38,513 nucleotides of DNA from positions 1-38,513 of IMG/VR virus record IMGVR_UViG_3300008255_000060, one strand, 5' to 3'. Each line of letters opens with the position of its first letter. Position 1 is the first letter of the stretch. Shown here in pieces: positions 22,922 through 32,282 of the stretch. Position numbers and translations under genes: made by a program. The notes below the pieces were generated by a model. The model saw only the letters and a list, made by a program, of their open reading frames with translations, did not search any database and was not told where the DNA came from. Source of the DNA: a virus (Duplodnaviria > Caudoviricetes).

Positions 22922-24269
22922 CGAGCGCGAAGGCCGCCTCGCCACGCTCACGCGCGAAGAGCTGGAGCTCCTCGCCGCCTCCTGGGGCTGGTGGGCGCGT
23001 GACGACCAGCTAGAGCCCCTCGACCGGATCGAGGCGCCCCGCCCCTTCGGCGCCTGGTACGTCCTCTCCGGCCGAGGCTGGGGGAAGACGCGCACGGGCG
23101 CCGCCGCGACCATCGCCGCGAAGGACCGGACGCCCTACCTCGCCCTGATCGGCCGCACGGCCGCCGACGCGACCGAGGTCATGGTCGAGGGCCCCGCGGG
23201 CATCCTGGAGCACTCCCCGCCCTGGGACCGGCCGCGCTTCGTCCAGTCGGCCCTCCGCCCCCGGCTCGAATGGAAGAACGGCGCGAAGGCCTTCCTCTAC
23301 TCCTCGAAGAACCCCGAGAGCCTCCGCGGCCCCCAGCACGGCTTCTACTGGGCCGACGAGCTCGCCGCCTGGTACTACCTCGACGACACCTTCGACATGC
23401 TCCAGTTCGGCCTCCGCGTCGGCGCCCACCCCTGGGGCGTCGTCACGACCACCCCGAAGCCGCTCCCCCACCTTCGCGCCGTCCTCCAGCGCGCCGAGCC
23501 CGTCGAGGGCTTCCCCCGGCTCCTCTACACGCCCGACAACGGGGGCGCCTACGTCACGAAGGGGCACACGGCGGACAACGCCGCGAACCTCCCCGCGAAG
23601 TTCCTCGCCGACCTCGACGCGAAGTACGCCGGGACGCGCCTCGGCCGACAGGAGCTCGAAGGCGAGCTCCTCGACGACGTCGAGGGCGCCCTCTGGACGC
23701 GGGCCCTGATCGAGCGCGGCCGCGTCCGGAAGGCCGACGCCCCGAAGAGCTACGACCGGATCGTCGTCGCCGTCGACCCCCTCGGCTCGAAGGGGAGCGG
23801 GACGGCGGGGATCATCGTCGCGGGCGTCGTCGGGAAGGGCCGAGCTCGGGACTTCTACCCCCTGGAGGACCTCTCCGGAAGCTACTCGCCCGCCGAGTGG
23901 GGGCGCATCGTCATCGCCGCGCACGACCGATGGAGCGCCGACCTGATCGTCGCGGAGCGCAACTTCGGCGGCGACATGGTCGAGCACGTCATCCGGACGG
24001 CCGCCGAGAGCGACGCCTACCGCGTGAAGGTCACGACCTCGACGCGCGGGAAGGTCCTCCGCGCGGAGCCGGTCGTCGCGCTCTACGAGCAAGGCCGCGC
24101 CCATCACGTCGGGGGCTTCGCCGAGCTCGAAGACGAAATGACGACGTGGGTCGTCGAGAGCGGCCTAAGCCCAAACCGGATCGACGCGCTCGTCTTCGCC
24201 GCCCTGGAGCTCGCGGTCCTCGGTCGTGTGAGCTCGGTAGGACAAACACAAGGGAGCGCGGTAGGCTAG
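22863..24269 (+). CDS. terL: Terminase large subunit (468 aa)
   Basis: SGRGWGKT Walker A, LRGPQ, WADE Walker B, TTTP coupling motif, GRQELEGE, VAVDP and SPNRIDA nuclease motifs. Confidence 0.95.
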   Translation: MLTARETRSLRSSLAALPPDEREGRLATLTREELELLAASWGWWARDDQLEPLDRIEAPRPFGAWYVLSGRGWGKTRTGAAATIAAKDRTPYLALIGRTAADATEVMVEGPAGILEHSPPWDRPRFVQSALRPRLEWKNGAKAFLYSSKNPESLRGPQHGFYWADELAAWYYLDDTFDMLQFGLRVGAHPWGVVTTTPKPLPHLRAVLQRAEPVEGFPRLLYTPDNGGAYVTKGHTADNAANLPAKFLADLDAKYAGTRLGRQELEGELLDDVEGALWTRALIERGRVRKADAPKSYDRIVVAVDPLGSKGSGTAGIIVAGVVGKGRARDFYPLEDLSGSYSPAEWGRIVIAAHDRWSADLIVAERNFGGDMVEHVIRTAAESDAYRVKVTTSTRGKVLRAEPVVALYEQGRAHHVGGFAELEDEMTTWVVESGLSPNRIDALVFAALELAVLGRVSSVGQTQGSAVG

Positions 24270-24275
24270 CCCACC

Positions 24276-25853
24276 ATGCCCTCCCAGACGCGCCTCTCTC
24301 GTACCGTCGCCTTCGAGGCCGTCGGGGGAGACGTTCTCCCCGGGCTTCCGGCCCTTCGTGCCTCGCGCCTCCCCGCCGACCTCGCGCCGAGCGCGGAGAA
24401 CGTCGACCAGCTCCTCCACGAGCGCGCCGAGGGCCCTCGCGCCGCCCAGCTCGGCGGGCCTCGGGCGGAGGCCGCGGGCGCCGTCGGCGTCCCCGTCGTT
24501 TGGCCCATTCGCCCCGAGGAGCTCGTCGACTTCTACCTCGGGAACCCGTGGCTCTGCGCGGTCGGGAACCTCCTCACCGACGCGGTAAGCGCCGGGAAGG
24601 CGGAGCTCCGCGCGCGGTCCTACACGGTCGACGGTCAGGAGCTCGGCGACCGTCCGGACGCGAAGACGGACGAGGAGTACGCCCGCGCGATGGCATGGCT
24701 CCAGCGCGAGACGTTCGGCCTCGACGGGCTCTCGGAGCTCGACCTCTCGGGCTTCCTCGGCGCCGCGAGCTCGTCCTTCGATCAGGTCGGGCACCTCTTC
24801 GCCGAGGTCAACCGGACGGACGACGGGAAGGGCCCCGAGCGCCTGGTCCTCCTCCTTCCCCAGTTCGTCAACTACCTTGCGCTCGACGGCCTCGTCCGCC
24901 TGGAGCAGCGCGACCCGTTCGGGGGCGGCGACGTCTTCCACTACGTCCCCTTCCGGTCGAGGCGCGCGGGCGACGCGGACGCTCGGGAGTACCTCCACGA
25001 GCGGCGCCCTAACCTCGTCTCCTCGCTCTACGGGCTCCCCGCATGGATCGGCGCCCGTGAGAGCGTCGAGGTCGACAACGCGCACCGGAAGTACCTCAAA
25101 GCCTTCATGGCCCAGCACGCCTCCCCGCGGTGGCTCGTGGAAGTGTCGGACGACCCGGCGTGGGACGGCGCGTCGCCGGAAGAGCGCATGGTCGACGACG
25201 TCTACAACACCGTCCGGGACTTCCTCGCGGCGAACCGCGGCGAGGCCGCCGGTCGGAACCTTGTCATGAAGTACCCCGGCGGGATCGTCGTCAAGGTCAC
25301 GCCGCTGGACGTGACTATCGAGGACCCGTCCTTCGAGGCGCTCGGGAAGGGCGCCCGGGACGAGATTCTCGCGGTACGTCACGTCTCCCTCGTCGACCTG
25401 GGCCTCCCGGAGGGGGGCTACCGCGCGACGGCGGAGACGCAGAGCGCCAACTTCCGGGATCAGGTCCTCGTCCCCTTCTCGGACCCCGCCGTCCGCATGA
25501 TAAACCGCGTCCTACACGCGCCCCCGCCGCACGGGCTCGGCATCACGCGCTGGGACCTCGCGCTCGACTTCGTCAACGTCGGCGAGCTCCTCGCGCGCTA
25601 CGAGGGCATCGCGAAGGCGACCGGGACCTCGATCCTGTCGCCGGATGAAGGCCGCGAGCTCGCGGGCTACGAGCCGGTCGGCCTCCCGGGCATCTACGGT
25701 CAGGCGGGCCTCGTGGAGCTCTCCGCCCTCGGCGACCTTCCGGAGCCGAGCGACGAGGCGCCCTTCGGCGAGGCCGAGGGGGGCGAGGACGGCGGCCTCG
25801 ACGAGCTCTACGACCCCGAGGCCGAGGAGCCGGTCGAGCCGGTCGAGGCCTGA
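24276..25853 (+). CDS. Portal protein (PBSX-like; 525 aa)
   Basis: Follows terL; YGLPAWIGA motif, DEILAVRHV, SPDEGRELAGYEP; acidic tail. Confidence 0.85.
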   Translation: MPSQTRLSRTVAFEAVGGDVLPGLPALRASRLPADLAPSAENVDQLLHERAEGPRAAQLGGPRAEAAGAVGVPVVWPIRPEELVDFYLGNPWLCAVGNLLTDAVSAGKAELRARSYTVDGQELGDRPDAKTDEEYARAMAWLQRETFGLDGLSELDLSGFLGAASSSFDQVGHLFAEVNRTDDGKGPERLVLLLPQFVNYLALDGLVRLEQRDPFGGGDVFHYVPFRSRRAGDADAREYLHERRPNLVSSLYGLPAWIGARESVEVDNAHRKYLKAFMAQHASPRWLVEVSDDPAWDGASPEERMVDDVYNTVRDFLAANRGEAAGRNLVMKYPGGIVVKVTPLDVTIEDPSFEALGKGARDEILAVRHVSLVDLGLPEGGYRATAETQSANFRDQVLVPFSDPAVRMINRVLHAPPPHGLGITRWDLALDFVNVGELLARYEGIAKATGTSILSPDEGRELAGYEPVGLPGIYGQAGLVELSALGDLPEPSDEAPFGEAEGGEDGGLDELYDPEAEEPVEPVEA

Positions 25854-25857
25854 CCGC

Positions 25858-27687
25858 GTGACGATCCGAGTCCGGTCGACGCCGTCGACGCGGGCTCGTC
25901 GCGCGAGCGAGCGAGCCCGGTCGAGCGCCGAGGCCGCCGTCGCCCAGCACGCCCCCGCGCTCGCGTCCGCCATGGCCCGAGCGCGTCTCTCGTGGCTCCG
26001 CGCCGCCCTTCGCGCCGCGCGCGACGCCCTCCGCGAGGTCGAGCGGTCGAAGCGCGCGGACCAGGCCGCGGAGAGGCGCCGGATCGAGGAGCGCGCGCTC
26101 CCTCCCATCGGCGACCCGGACGTCCTCCGGATCGTCGACGCCCTCTCGGGGCTCTCGTCCGAGCTCTACACGGGGCGTCTCCTGGAGGAGGTCGGGCCCG
26201 TCTTCGACCGCCTCCTCCGGGAGACTGTCTCTCGGGCGGGCTTCATGGAGAGCGACCCGCGCGCCCAGGCGATCATCCGGGAGACGCAGGGCTACATTCG
26301 GTCGGACCTCTTCAAGTGGGCCCAGGGCGCGATGCTCGCGGAGCCGCTCGCGCGCGACCTCGTCGGGGGCATGGATACGGGCACCTTCGGGACGCCGCTC
26401 TACCGGAAGGTCGCGGCGAAGTACGGCGTCACGATCTACGACGCGGAGCGCAACGTCCGGACGACGTACACGACCGCGGCGGGCTCGACGGAGCTCGCGA
26501 GCTTGAAGAGGTCGGGCTACAAGTTCAAGACCTGGGTTAGCTCGCGGGACCATCGCGTCCGGCGCAAGCGGGCGGGGCGCGTCGACGACCATTCCTCGAC
26601 GGGCTTCGACGGGCAGACGGTCCCCGTCGACGAGCCCTTCGTCTCGCCGACGTCGGGGGCTCGGATGATGCATCCGGGCGACCGGAGCCTGGGGGCGCCG
26701 GGCGTCGAAATCTACAATTGCCGTTGCACGATGGTCGGCTCGGTCACGGCGGACGGTCGCGGGGAGCTCGGCGACTCGTCGGCGCCGGACGAGACGGGTC
26801 ACGCGGCGAACGAACCCGCGCCGCCGCCGCCCCCGCCGCCGGTCGTCGATCCGAACCGCCTCGACGGCGCCCGCATCCGGGACGAGCTGGAGAAGCGCCT
26901 CGGCGACCTCGACCGCCAGCTCGCGGAGCTCGACGCCGAGTCGACGGGGGCCTGGAAGGAGCTCACGCGCCACGAGGGCGAGGGCTACCAGGAGAAGAAG
27001 GCGGCCTGGACAGCCGCGAAGGAGCGCGCCGCCGACGCCCGCCGAGCGGCGAACATGACCCGTTACCAGGCCCTCGTCGACCTCCGCGTCCTGACGACCT
27101 CGAAGGCCGCGCGGCCGGTCGTCAACGTCCGGCTGCGCTCGTCGAACCCGGCTCTTCCGTCTATCGAGCGAGGCCTCGCGCTCTGGGCGAACCTCGTCGG
27201 GGATAGCCCCGAGGTCCTCGCGGCGATCCGCGCTCGGCCGGTCGACCTCGTCTTCTCGAAGGGGCGCCGCGCCTTCTACGAGAGCCGCCCGGACGCGACG
27301 AGTCAGGCGCCGGGGGGCTACGTCATGATGGGGAACGGGAGCGCGGGAACCGTCGTCCACGAGCTCGGTCACTACCTGGAGCGCGTCTACCCCGACGTGA
27401 CGGCGTCCTCGATAGCCTGGAGGAACGCGAGGACGGCGGGGGAGCCGCTCGTCAAGCTCCAGACGCTCTTCCCTGGGGCTGGGTACGACTCCTGGGAGGT
27501 CACGCGCCCGGACGCCTTCGTCCACCCGTACGTCGGGAAGGACTACGGGAACCGCGCGACGGAGGTCCTCTCCATGGGCCTCCAGCGGCTCATGGAGGAC
27601 CCGCTCAAATTCGCGCGCGACGACCCCGGTCACTTCGATTACACCGTCTCGGTCCTCGACCGGATCAGGAATGGAGGCCCACCATGA
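25858..27687 (+). CDS. MuF (Mu gpF / SPP1 gp7-like) head morphogenesis protein fused to a zincin metallopeptidase domain (~609 aa)
   Basis: KTWVSSRDHRVR...DGQTVPVDEPF...HPGD...NCRC (MuF); poly-Pro linker; VVHELGHYLE (HExxH) and EVLSMG. Confidence 0.85.
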   Translation: MTIRVRSTPSTRARRASERARSSAEAAVAQHAPALASAMARARLSWLRAALRAARDALREVERSKRADQAAERRRIEERALPPIGDPDVLRIVDALSGLSSELYTGRLLEEVGPVFDRLLRETVSRAGFMESDPRAQAIIRETQGYIRSDLFKWAQGAMLAEPLARDLVGGMDTGTFGTPLYRKVAAKYGVTIYDAERNVRTTYTTAAGSTELASLKRSGYKFKTWVSSRDHRVRRKRAGRVDDHSSTGFDGQTVPVDEPFVSPTSGARMMHPGDRSLGAPGVEIYNCRCTMVGSVTADGRGELGDSSAPDETGHAANEPAPPPPPPPVVDPNRLDGARIRDELEKRLGDLDRQLAELDAESTGAWKELTRHEGEGYQEKKAAWTAAKERAADARRAANMTRYQALVDLRVLTTSKAARPVVNVRLRSSNPALPSIERGLALWANLVGDSPEVLAAIRARPVDLVFSKGRRAFYESRPDATSQAPGGYVMMGNGSAGTVVHELGHYLERVYPDVTASSIAWRNARTAGEPLVKLQTLFPGAGYDSWEVTRPDAFVHPYVGKDYGNRATEVLSMGLQRLMEDPLKFARDDPGHFDYTVSVLDRIRNGGPP

Positions 27688-27929
27688 GGGTAGTCGCCCT
27701 CTACCGCGGCGCCCGCCTCGTGGTCGTCAACGGCGAATGGAGCGTCTCGGGCTCGGGAGAGCCCGCGGAGCGCCTTCGCGATATCGCGTCGCGAGTCGAC
27801 GAGGTCCTCGACGAGCTCGGCCCCTCTGACGGCGGCCCGGCTCACGTCCTCGCCGAGTGGCTTCGCGAGCAGGGGCTCGACGTGACGACGGTCCGCGACC
27901 GTCCGCTTCCCCGCGGCGTGGTCCCTTGA
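27684..27929 (+). CDS. Small protein (81 aa), candidate partner or immunity protein of the MuF peptidase
   Basis: GGAGG RBS; ATGA-coupled to the MuF gene. Confidence 0.6.
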   Translation: MRVVALYRGARLVVVNGEWSVSGSGEPAERLRDIASRVDEVLDELGPSDGGPAHVLAEWLREQGLDVTTVRDRPLPRGVVP

Positions 27930-27989
27930 CGCGGCGTCATGCTAGACGCCGACAACTTCCCACCGTAGCGTGCCTCGGAGGTCGCCCGC

Positions 27990-28862
27990 GTGCCTGACGT
28001 CATCGTCCCATTACGTCGCCCCCCCACCGTCCGGCCCGCGGGCCCCCCGGCTCCCCAGCCGCTCCCCGCGACCGGCTCCGTCGGCTTGGAGCTCCGCGCC
28101 CTCGACGGCGACCGCGTCCTCGTGCGCGCCTCGAATGACGTCGTCCGCGACGCCTTCCATACGGTCATCACCGTAGAGGGCCTCCACGAGTGGGCGGAGG
28201 GCTACCTCCTTCACCGGACCGTCAACCTCCAGCACGCCCGCCCCGAGGGGCTCCGGGGCATCCCCGGGAAGGCCCTCGTCGGCGTCGCGACCCGCGTCGA
28301 CTTCCGACCCCAGCTCGAAGTCGAGGTCCGCCTCTACGACCCCGAGGTCGTCGCGATGGTCGCGAGCGGCCGCGTGCGCGGGGCCTCCCTCGAATTCGTC
28401 CCCATCCGGTCGGGGATCGAGGCCCGCGTCCTCGGCGACGGGAAGCCCGCCCTCGTCTACCACCGGCTCTCCAGCGAGCCCGAGGCGACCGGCCTCGCGC
28501 TCACCGACCTCCCAGCCGTCCCCGGCTCGGACGTCCTGGAAGCCCGCTCGCTCGACACCGCGGCGCCCCACTGGGCCTTCGCCGTGGTCGACCCCGCCGT
28601 CCTCAACGGCGAGGTCACGGACCCCCAGCTCGTCCAGGCGCTCCGGTGGCTTCCCCACCATGACCTCCGGACCCGCTTCGTCGACGAAGGCGCGCTCGCC
28701 CGAGGCCTCGCGGCCCTGGAGCGCGGCGAGGTCGCCCTCCCCCCGGGGGCGACACTCTCTCGGGAGGAGGTCATCGCGCGAGCGCGAGCGCATATCGCTC
28801 GTCACACTCAGCACGGCGTCGGTATGTCGACCGGCCCGGGCTACTCACACGGGCGCCCCTAG
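27990..28862 (+). CDS. Prohead maturation protease, putative (290 aa)
   Basis: Position just before the capsid gene; VNLQH (His), RVRGASLEF (Ser) and LALTDLPA pattern of HK97/Mu-like prohead proteases. Confidence 0.7.
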   Translation: MPDVIVPLRRPPTVRPAGPPAPQPLPATGSVGLELRALDGDRVLVRASNDVVRDAFHTVITVEGLHEWAEGYLLHRTVNLQHARPEGLRGIPGKALVGVATRVDFRPQLEVEVRLYDPEVVAMVASGRVRGASLEFVPIRSGIEARVLGDGKPALVYHRLSSEPEATGLALTDLPAVPGSDVLEARSLDTAAPHWAFAVVDPAVLNGEVTDPQLVQALRWLPHHDLRTRFVDEGALARGLAALERGEVALPPGATLSREEVIARARAHIARHTQHGVGMSTGPGYSHGRP

Positions 28863-28881
28863 CGCGCCCAGGAGGTATCGC

Positions 28882-30432
28882 ATGACGTACGCCCAAGCTC
28901 TCCAATGGCTCCACGCGCGCTCGGCCCAGCACGAGGCCGAGGGCCTGGACGCCGCCACCGCTCGCGCGAAGGCGCTCTCCGCCTTCACGAGCGGGCACCC
29001 CGACTTCCAGGAGCGCACCCGCCTGGAGGCCGAATTCGCGCCCGCCGCCGCCGCGTCGGCGGACCTCGGGACGATCCGCGTCCGCGTCGAGTCGACGCCC
29101 GCCGCGCCCGTCGCCGAGCGCGCCGCGCCCGAGAAGCCCGAGGAGCGCGCCGCGCCCGAGGCGAAGGCCGCGAAGGTCGACGCCGAGGACGAGGACGAGC
29201 CCGAAGCCGAGGAGCGCACCGACGCCGACGAGGTCGTCGAGCGCACCCTCCGCCGCCTCGCCCGCGGCGGCGACGCCCCCATGGCCGCGATTGCCTCGGG
29301 CCTGGAGCGCCTCGGCGCCCGCGCCCGGAACCCCATGGAGCCCGACCAGCTCCTCTCCGCGGTCCTGGAGCGGACCATCGTCCCCCAGCTCGCGGGACGT
29401 CAGCCGAACGCCCAGGAGCTCGTCGAGGTCCGGAACATGCTCCGCGACCACGGCGTCCGCGGCTCCATCGACGGCTCCGGCCCGGTCGAGAATCGCGCCC
29501 TGACCATCGCCGCTAACGGGACGGTCATCTACACCGAGCTCGCGCGGCTCTTCGCCGTCCGCCCGGCGGACGACACGGTCTTCCGGAACCACGTCCGGTC
29601 GATCCCCATGGGGAACGTGAAGAAGCGCACCTTCCCCCGCTTCGACCGCGCCGGGATGGCCTTCGGATGGAACCGCGCCGCGGGCGCCGCGCTCGACAAC
29701 GGCGACCCCACGCTCAACACCTTCGATATCGAGGTCGGCGAGCTCCAGGGCGACGTCGTCGTCGACGACGGCTTCGGGCTCTTCAACGCGGCGGCCGGGA
29801 GCTTCGTCTCCCAGTACCTCCTCCACGAAATGCGCGGCGCCGCGCAACAGGCCGAGGACGGGGCCTTCTTCCTCTCGGACGGCGTGGACCCGTACCCCAC
29901 GACCTTCAAGGGCTTGAAGCACGCGACGGGCGTTACGGCGATCACGGCCTCGACGGACGGCGACGCCTTCACGGTCGCGCTCTTCGAGGCGATGCTCCGC
30001 GCCATGCCGACGAAGTACCGCGCGAACCCCTCGCGCCTGGTCTTCTACGTCCCCGTCGGCATCGCCGACGACTACGCCGAGCTCATCGCCACGCGGCAGA
30101 CCGCGCTCGGCGACTCCTACCTCGGCGGGACCCCGACCCCGACCGCGAGCGTCACCCCGGGCCCCTCGCCCGCGGGCTACTACCGCGGCATCCCCGTCGT
30201 CGGCGTCTACCACCTGACCCAGGACGAGACGCAAGGCACCTCGGACGTCGCCGGGACGTGCTTCCTCGTCCACCGGGATATCCCGGTCATCGGCGACGCG
30301 CTCTCGATCCGGATGGAGCCCTACCGCCTCCGGGCCTTCCAGACCGCGCTCCAGCTCCAGGAGTACGTCGGCCTGGGCTACCAGTGGCCGGACGCTATCG
30401 TCCGCCGCCCGGGCGTCCTCGCGGCCGCCTGA
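28882..30432 (+). CDS. Major capsid protein (HK97 fold) with N-terminal scaffold/delta domain (516 aa)
   Basis: AGGAGG RBS at ATG 28882; charged N-terminal ~205 aa; FEAMLRAMPTKYR, TALGDSYL and YYRGIPVV segments typical of HK97-fold capsids. Confidence 0.85.
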   Translation: MTYAQALQWLHARSAQHEAEGLDAATARAKALSAFTSGHPDFQERTRLEAEFAPAAAASADLGTIRVRVESTPAAPVAERAAPEKPEERAAPEAKAAKVDAEDEDEPEAEERTDADEVVERTLRRLARGGDAPMAAIASGLERLGARARNPMEPDQLLSAVLERTIVPQLAGRQPNAQELVEVRNMLRDHGVRGSIDGSGPVENRALTIAANGTVIYTELARLFAVRPADDTVFRNHVRSIPMGNVKKRTFPRFDRAGMAFGWNRAAGAALDNGDPTLNTFDIEVGELQGDVVVDDGFGLFNAAAGSFVSQYLLHEMRGAAQQAEDGAFFLSDGVDPYPTTFKGLKHATGVTAITASTDGDAFTVALFEAMLRAMPTKYRANPSRLVFYVPVGIADDYAELIATRQTALGDSYLGGTPTPTASVTPGPSPAGYYRGIPVVGVYHLTQDETQGTSDVAGTCFLVHRDIPVIGDALSIRMEPYRLRAFQTALQLQEYVGLGYQWPDAIVRRPGVLAAA

Positions 30433-30443
30433 TCGACGAGCTC

Positions 30444-30470
30444 GGGAGGGGGCTAGTCCCCCTCCCTTCC
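30444..30470 (+). terminator. Hairpin downstream of the capsid gene
   Basis: GGGAGGGGG-ctagt-CCCCCTCCC followed by TTCC. Confidence 0.55.
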
Positions 30471-30503
30471 CTCCACGCTTGACGCTCCGAGAGAGGGGCC
30501 CGC

Positions 30504-30809
30504 ATGACGAAGAACACGAAGCCCACCGAAGCCGAGAAGCCCTCGGCCGACGAGGCCGCGAAGCTCGAAGCCGAGAAGGCGGCCGCCGAAGCCGCCGAGG
30601 CGGAGAAGCTCGCCGAGGCCGAAGCGGCGAAGGCCGCCGAGCTCGTCGACGTCGTCCTCTCGAAGGACGCCCCCGTCGCCGCCCTGGTCTTCCCCGGCCT
30701 CGGCCGCGCGACCCGCGACCGCTCCGTCCGCATCCCCGCGGGCGAATTCGACCGGCTCCGCGTCCTCTACGGCCTGGAGAAGGTCCCCGCGAAGGGGAAG
30801 AAGGGCTAG
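30504..30809 (+). CDS. Hypothetical Ala/Glu/Lys-rich protein (101 aa)
   Basis: GAGGGG RBS; position after the capsid gene. Confidence 0.7.
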   Translation: MTKNTKPTEAEKPSADEAAKLEAEKAAAEAAEAEKLAEAEAAKAAELVDVVLSKDAPVAALVFPGLGRATRDRSVRIPAGEFDRLRVLYGLEKVPAKGKKG

Positions 30810-30812
30810 ACC

Positions 30813-31382
30813 ATGCTCGATCCGACGCGCGTCCTCACGCTCGCGGGGCAAACGGTCCCCGACGCCCCGGCGGGGCCCACGGCGACCCAGCTCGCCGCGG
30901 TCGCCTTCGCCGAGGCGACGATCCGCGCCTACACGCGGGCGACGTGGCTCGCGTCCGGCGACCCAGCCGAGGCCTTCGAGCTCCGCGTCCGCCTGGACGC
31001 GCGCGCCTACGCCCTCCGCCTCCCCCATGACGTCGTCGCCGTCTCCGCCGTCGCGCCCACGCCCGAGAGCCGCTTCGCTCTCTTCCTCGCGGGTGGGCGC
31101 CTGGAGCTCTTCGACGCCGCCCTCGTCCAGGTCGGCGCCTGGGAGGAGGGCGTCTACCTCGTCACCGGAACGCGGGGCTTCACGGCCGACGACCGCGTCG
31201 AGAAGGCCGCCTCCCTCCTGGTCGCTTACTACCTCCGCCTCTCCGACCCCGAGCGGAGCGCCTACGCCCAGTTCTCCGAGGGCGACTTCTCCGGCGCGTG
31301 GAAGCTCGCGCGCCTTTCGGTCCCCGAGGCCGAGACGCTCCTCCGCCCCTTCGTCGTCGGCGCCGTCCTCGGGGGCGCCTGA
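30813..31382 (+). CDS. Head-tail connector/adaptor, putative (189 aa)
   Basis: Synteny; AEATIRAYT, VEKAASLLVAYY and EAETLLRPF patterns typical of adaptors. Confidence 0.65.
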   Translation: MLDPTRVLTLAGQTVPDAPAGPTATQLAAVAFAEATIRAYTRATWLASGDPAEAFELRVRLDARAYALRLPHDVVAVSAVAPTPESRFALFLAGGRLELFDAALVQVGAWEEGVYLVTGTRGFTADDRVEKAASLLVAYYLRLSDPERSAYAQFSEGDFSGAWKLARLSVPEAETLLRPFVVGAVLGGA

Positions 31383-31383
31383 C

Positions 31384-31719
31384 GTGGCCCGGGCTAACGC
31401 CGTGGTCCGGATCGAGAAGGTCGAGCACGTCCGCGAGGCGGGGCACCGGACGAAGGCCGTCGCGAGCCGGACGGTCCTCTACGAAGGCCCCGCGCGCCTC
31501 TCCGCGCCCTCGCGCACCTGGGAGCGCGTCGCGGCCCTGGAGGGAACGTACGCCGGGCGCCTCAACGTCCAGGCAACCGCCGCCCTCGGCGGGGCGAACG
31601 CCGTCACGATCCTCCGCCTCGACGGCGCCGCCGAGCTCGGCGAGTACGACGTCGTCTCCGTCAGCTCCTCCGGCTTCGGCTGGGGGCTCTCCCTCGGTCG
31701 CCGGAAGGTCGCGGCATGA
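31384..31719 (+). CDS. Head closure/stopper protein, putative (111 aa)
   Basis: GTG right after TGA 31382; beta-rich, VLYEGPARL; synteny. Confidence 0.55.
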   Translation: MARANAVVRIEKVEHVREAGHRTKAVASRTVLYEGPARLSAPSRTWERVAALEGTYAGRLNVQATAALGGANAVTILRLDGAAELGEYDVVSVSSSGFGWGLSLGRRKVAA

Positions 31720-32282
31720 GCCTCGATCCGAAGGCTATCGCCGCGCTCCGCCGCCGTCAGACGGCGGGCTTCGAGCAAGTCGCGCGCGAGCTCTCGCGCC
31801 TCGCGAAGCTCCGAGCGACCCGGATCAGCGACACCGGGCGCCGACGGAACAGCGTGACCCATACGGTCCTCCCCGAAGGCGGCGTCCTCTGGGGAATCCC
31901 CGTCTCCGCCGCGCCCCAGGCGGTCTACCTGGAGCATGGCTTCGCCCCCCACTGGGTCCCCGGGAAGTACGTCTCCCTCTGGGCGAAGCGCGAGGGCGTC
32001 TCGCTCCAGGGCGGGAAGCGTAACCCCGGGCTCTTCATCGGCGGGCCCGGCTCGACGCTCGACTACGCCGACGGTGGCGCCCAGACGGACCGCCTCTTCG
32101 GCCCGGGCGGGAAGCGCACCCTCCGGACGTACCTCACGAAGGGGCAGAGCTCGAAGTACCTCGACCGCGGGAAGGTCGGTCACTCGATCCTCCAGTACAC
32201 CGCCCAGGAGCACGGGAGGCGCATCGCGCCCCAGGCCTTCCTCCGGGGCTTCCGGTCCGCTGGAGCGGGGGCGAGCTCGTGA
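31716..32282 (+). CDS. Neck / tail-completion protein (HK97 gp10-like; 188 aa)
   Basis: DTGRRRNSV and AVYLEHG resemble the DTG.L..SI and A.YVEYG motifs; synteny. Confidence 0.65.
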   Translation: MSLDPKAIAALRRRQTAGFEQVARELSRLAKLRATRISDTGRRRNSVTHTVLPEGGVLWGIPVSAAPQAVYLEHGFAPHWVPGKYVSLWAKREGVSLQGGKRNPGLFIGGPGSTLDYADGGAQTDRLFGPGGKRTLRTYLTKGQSSKYLDRGKVGHSILQYTAQEHGRRIAPQAFLRGFRSAGAGASS

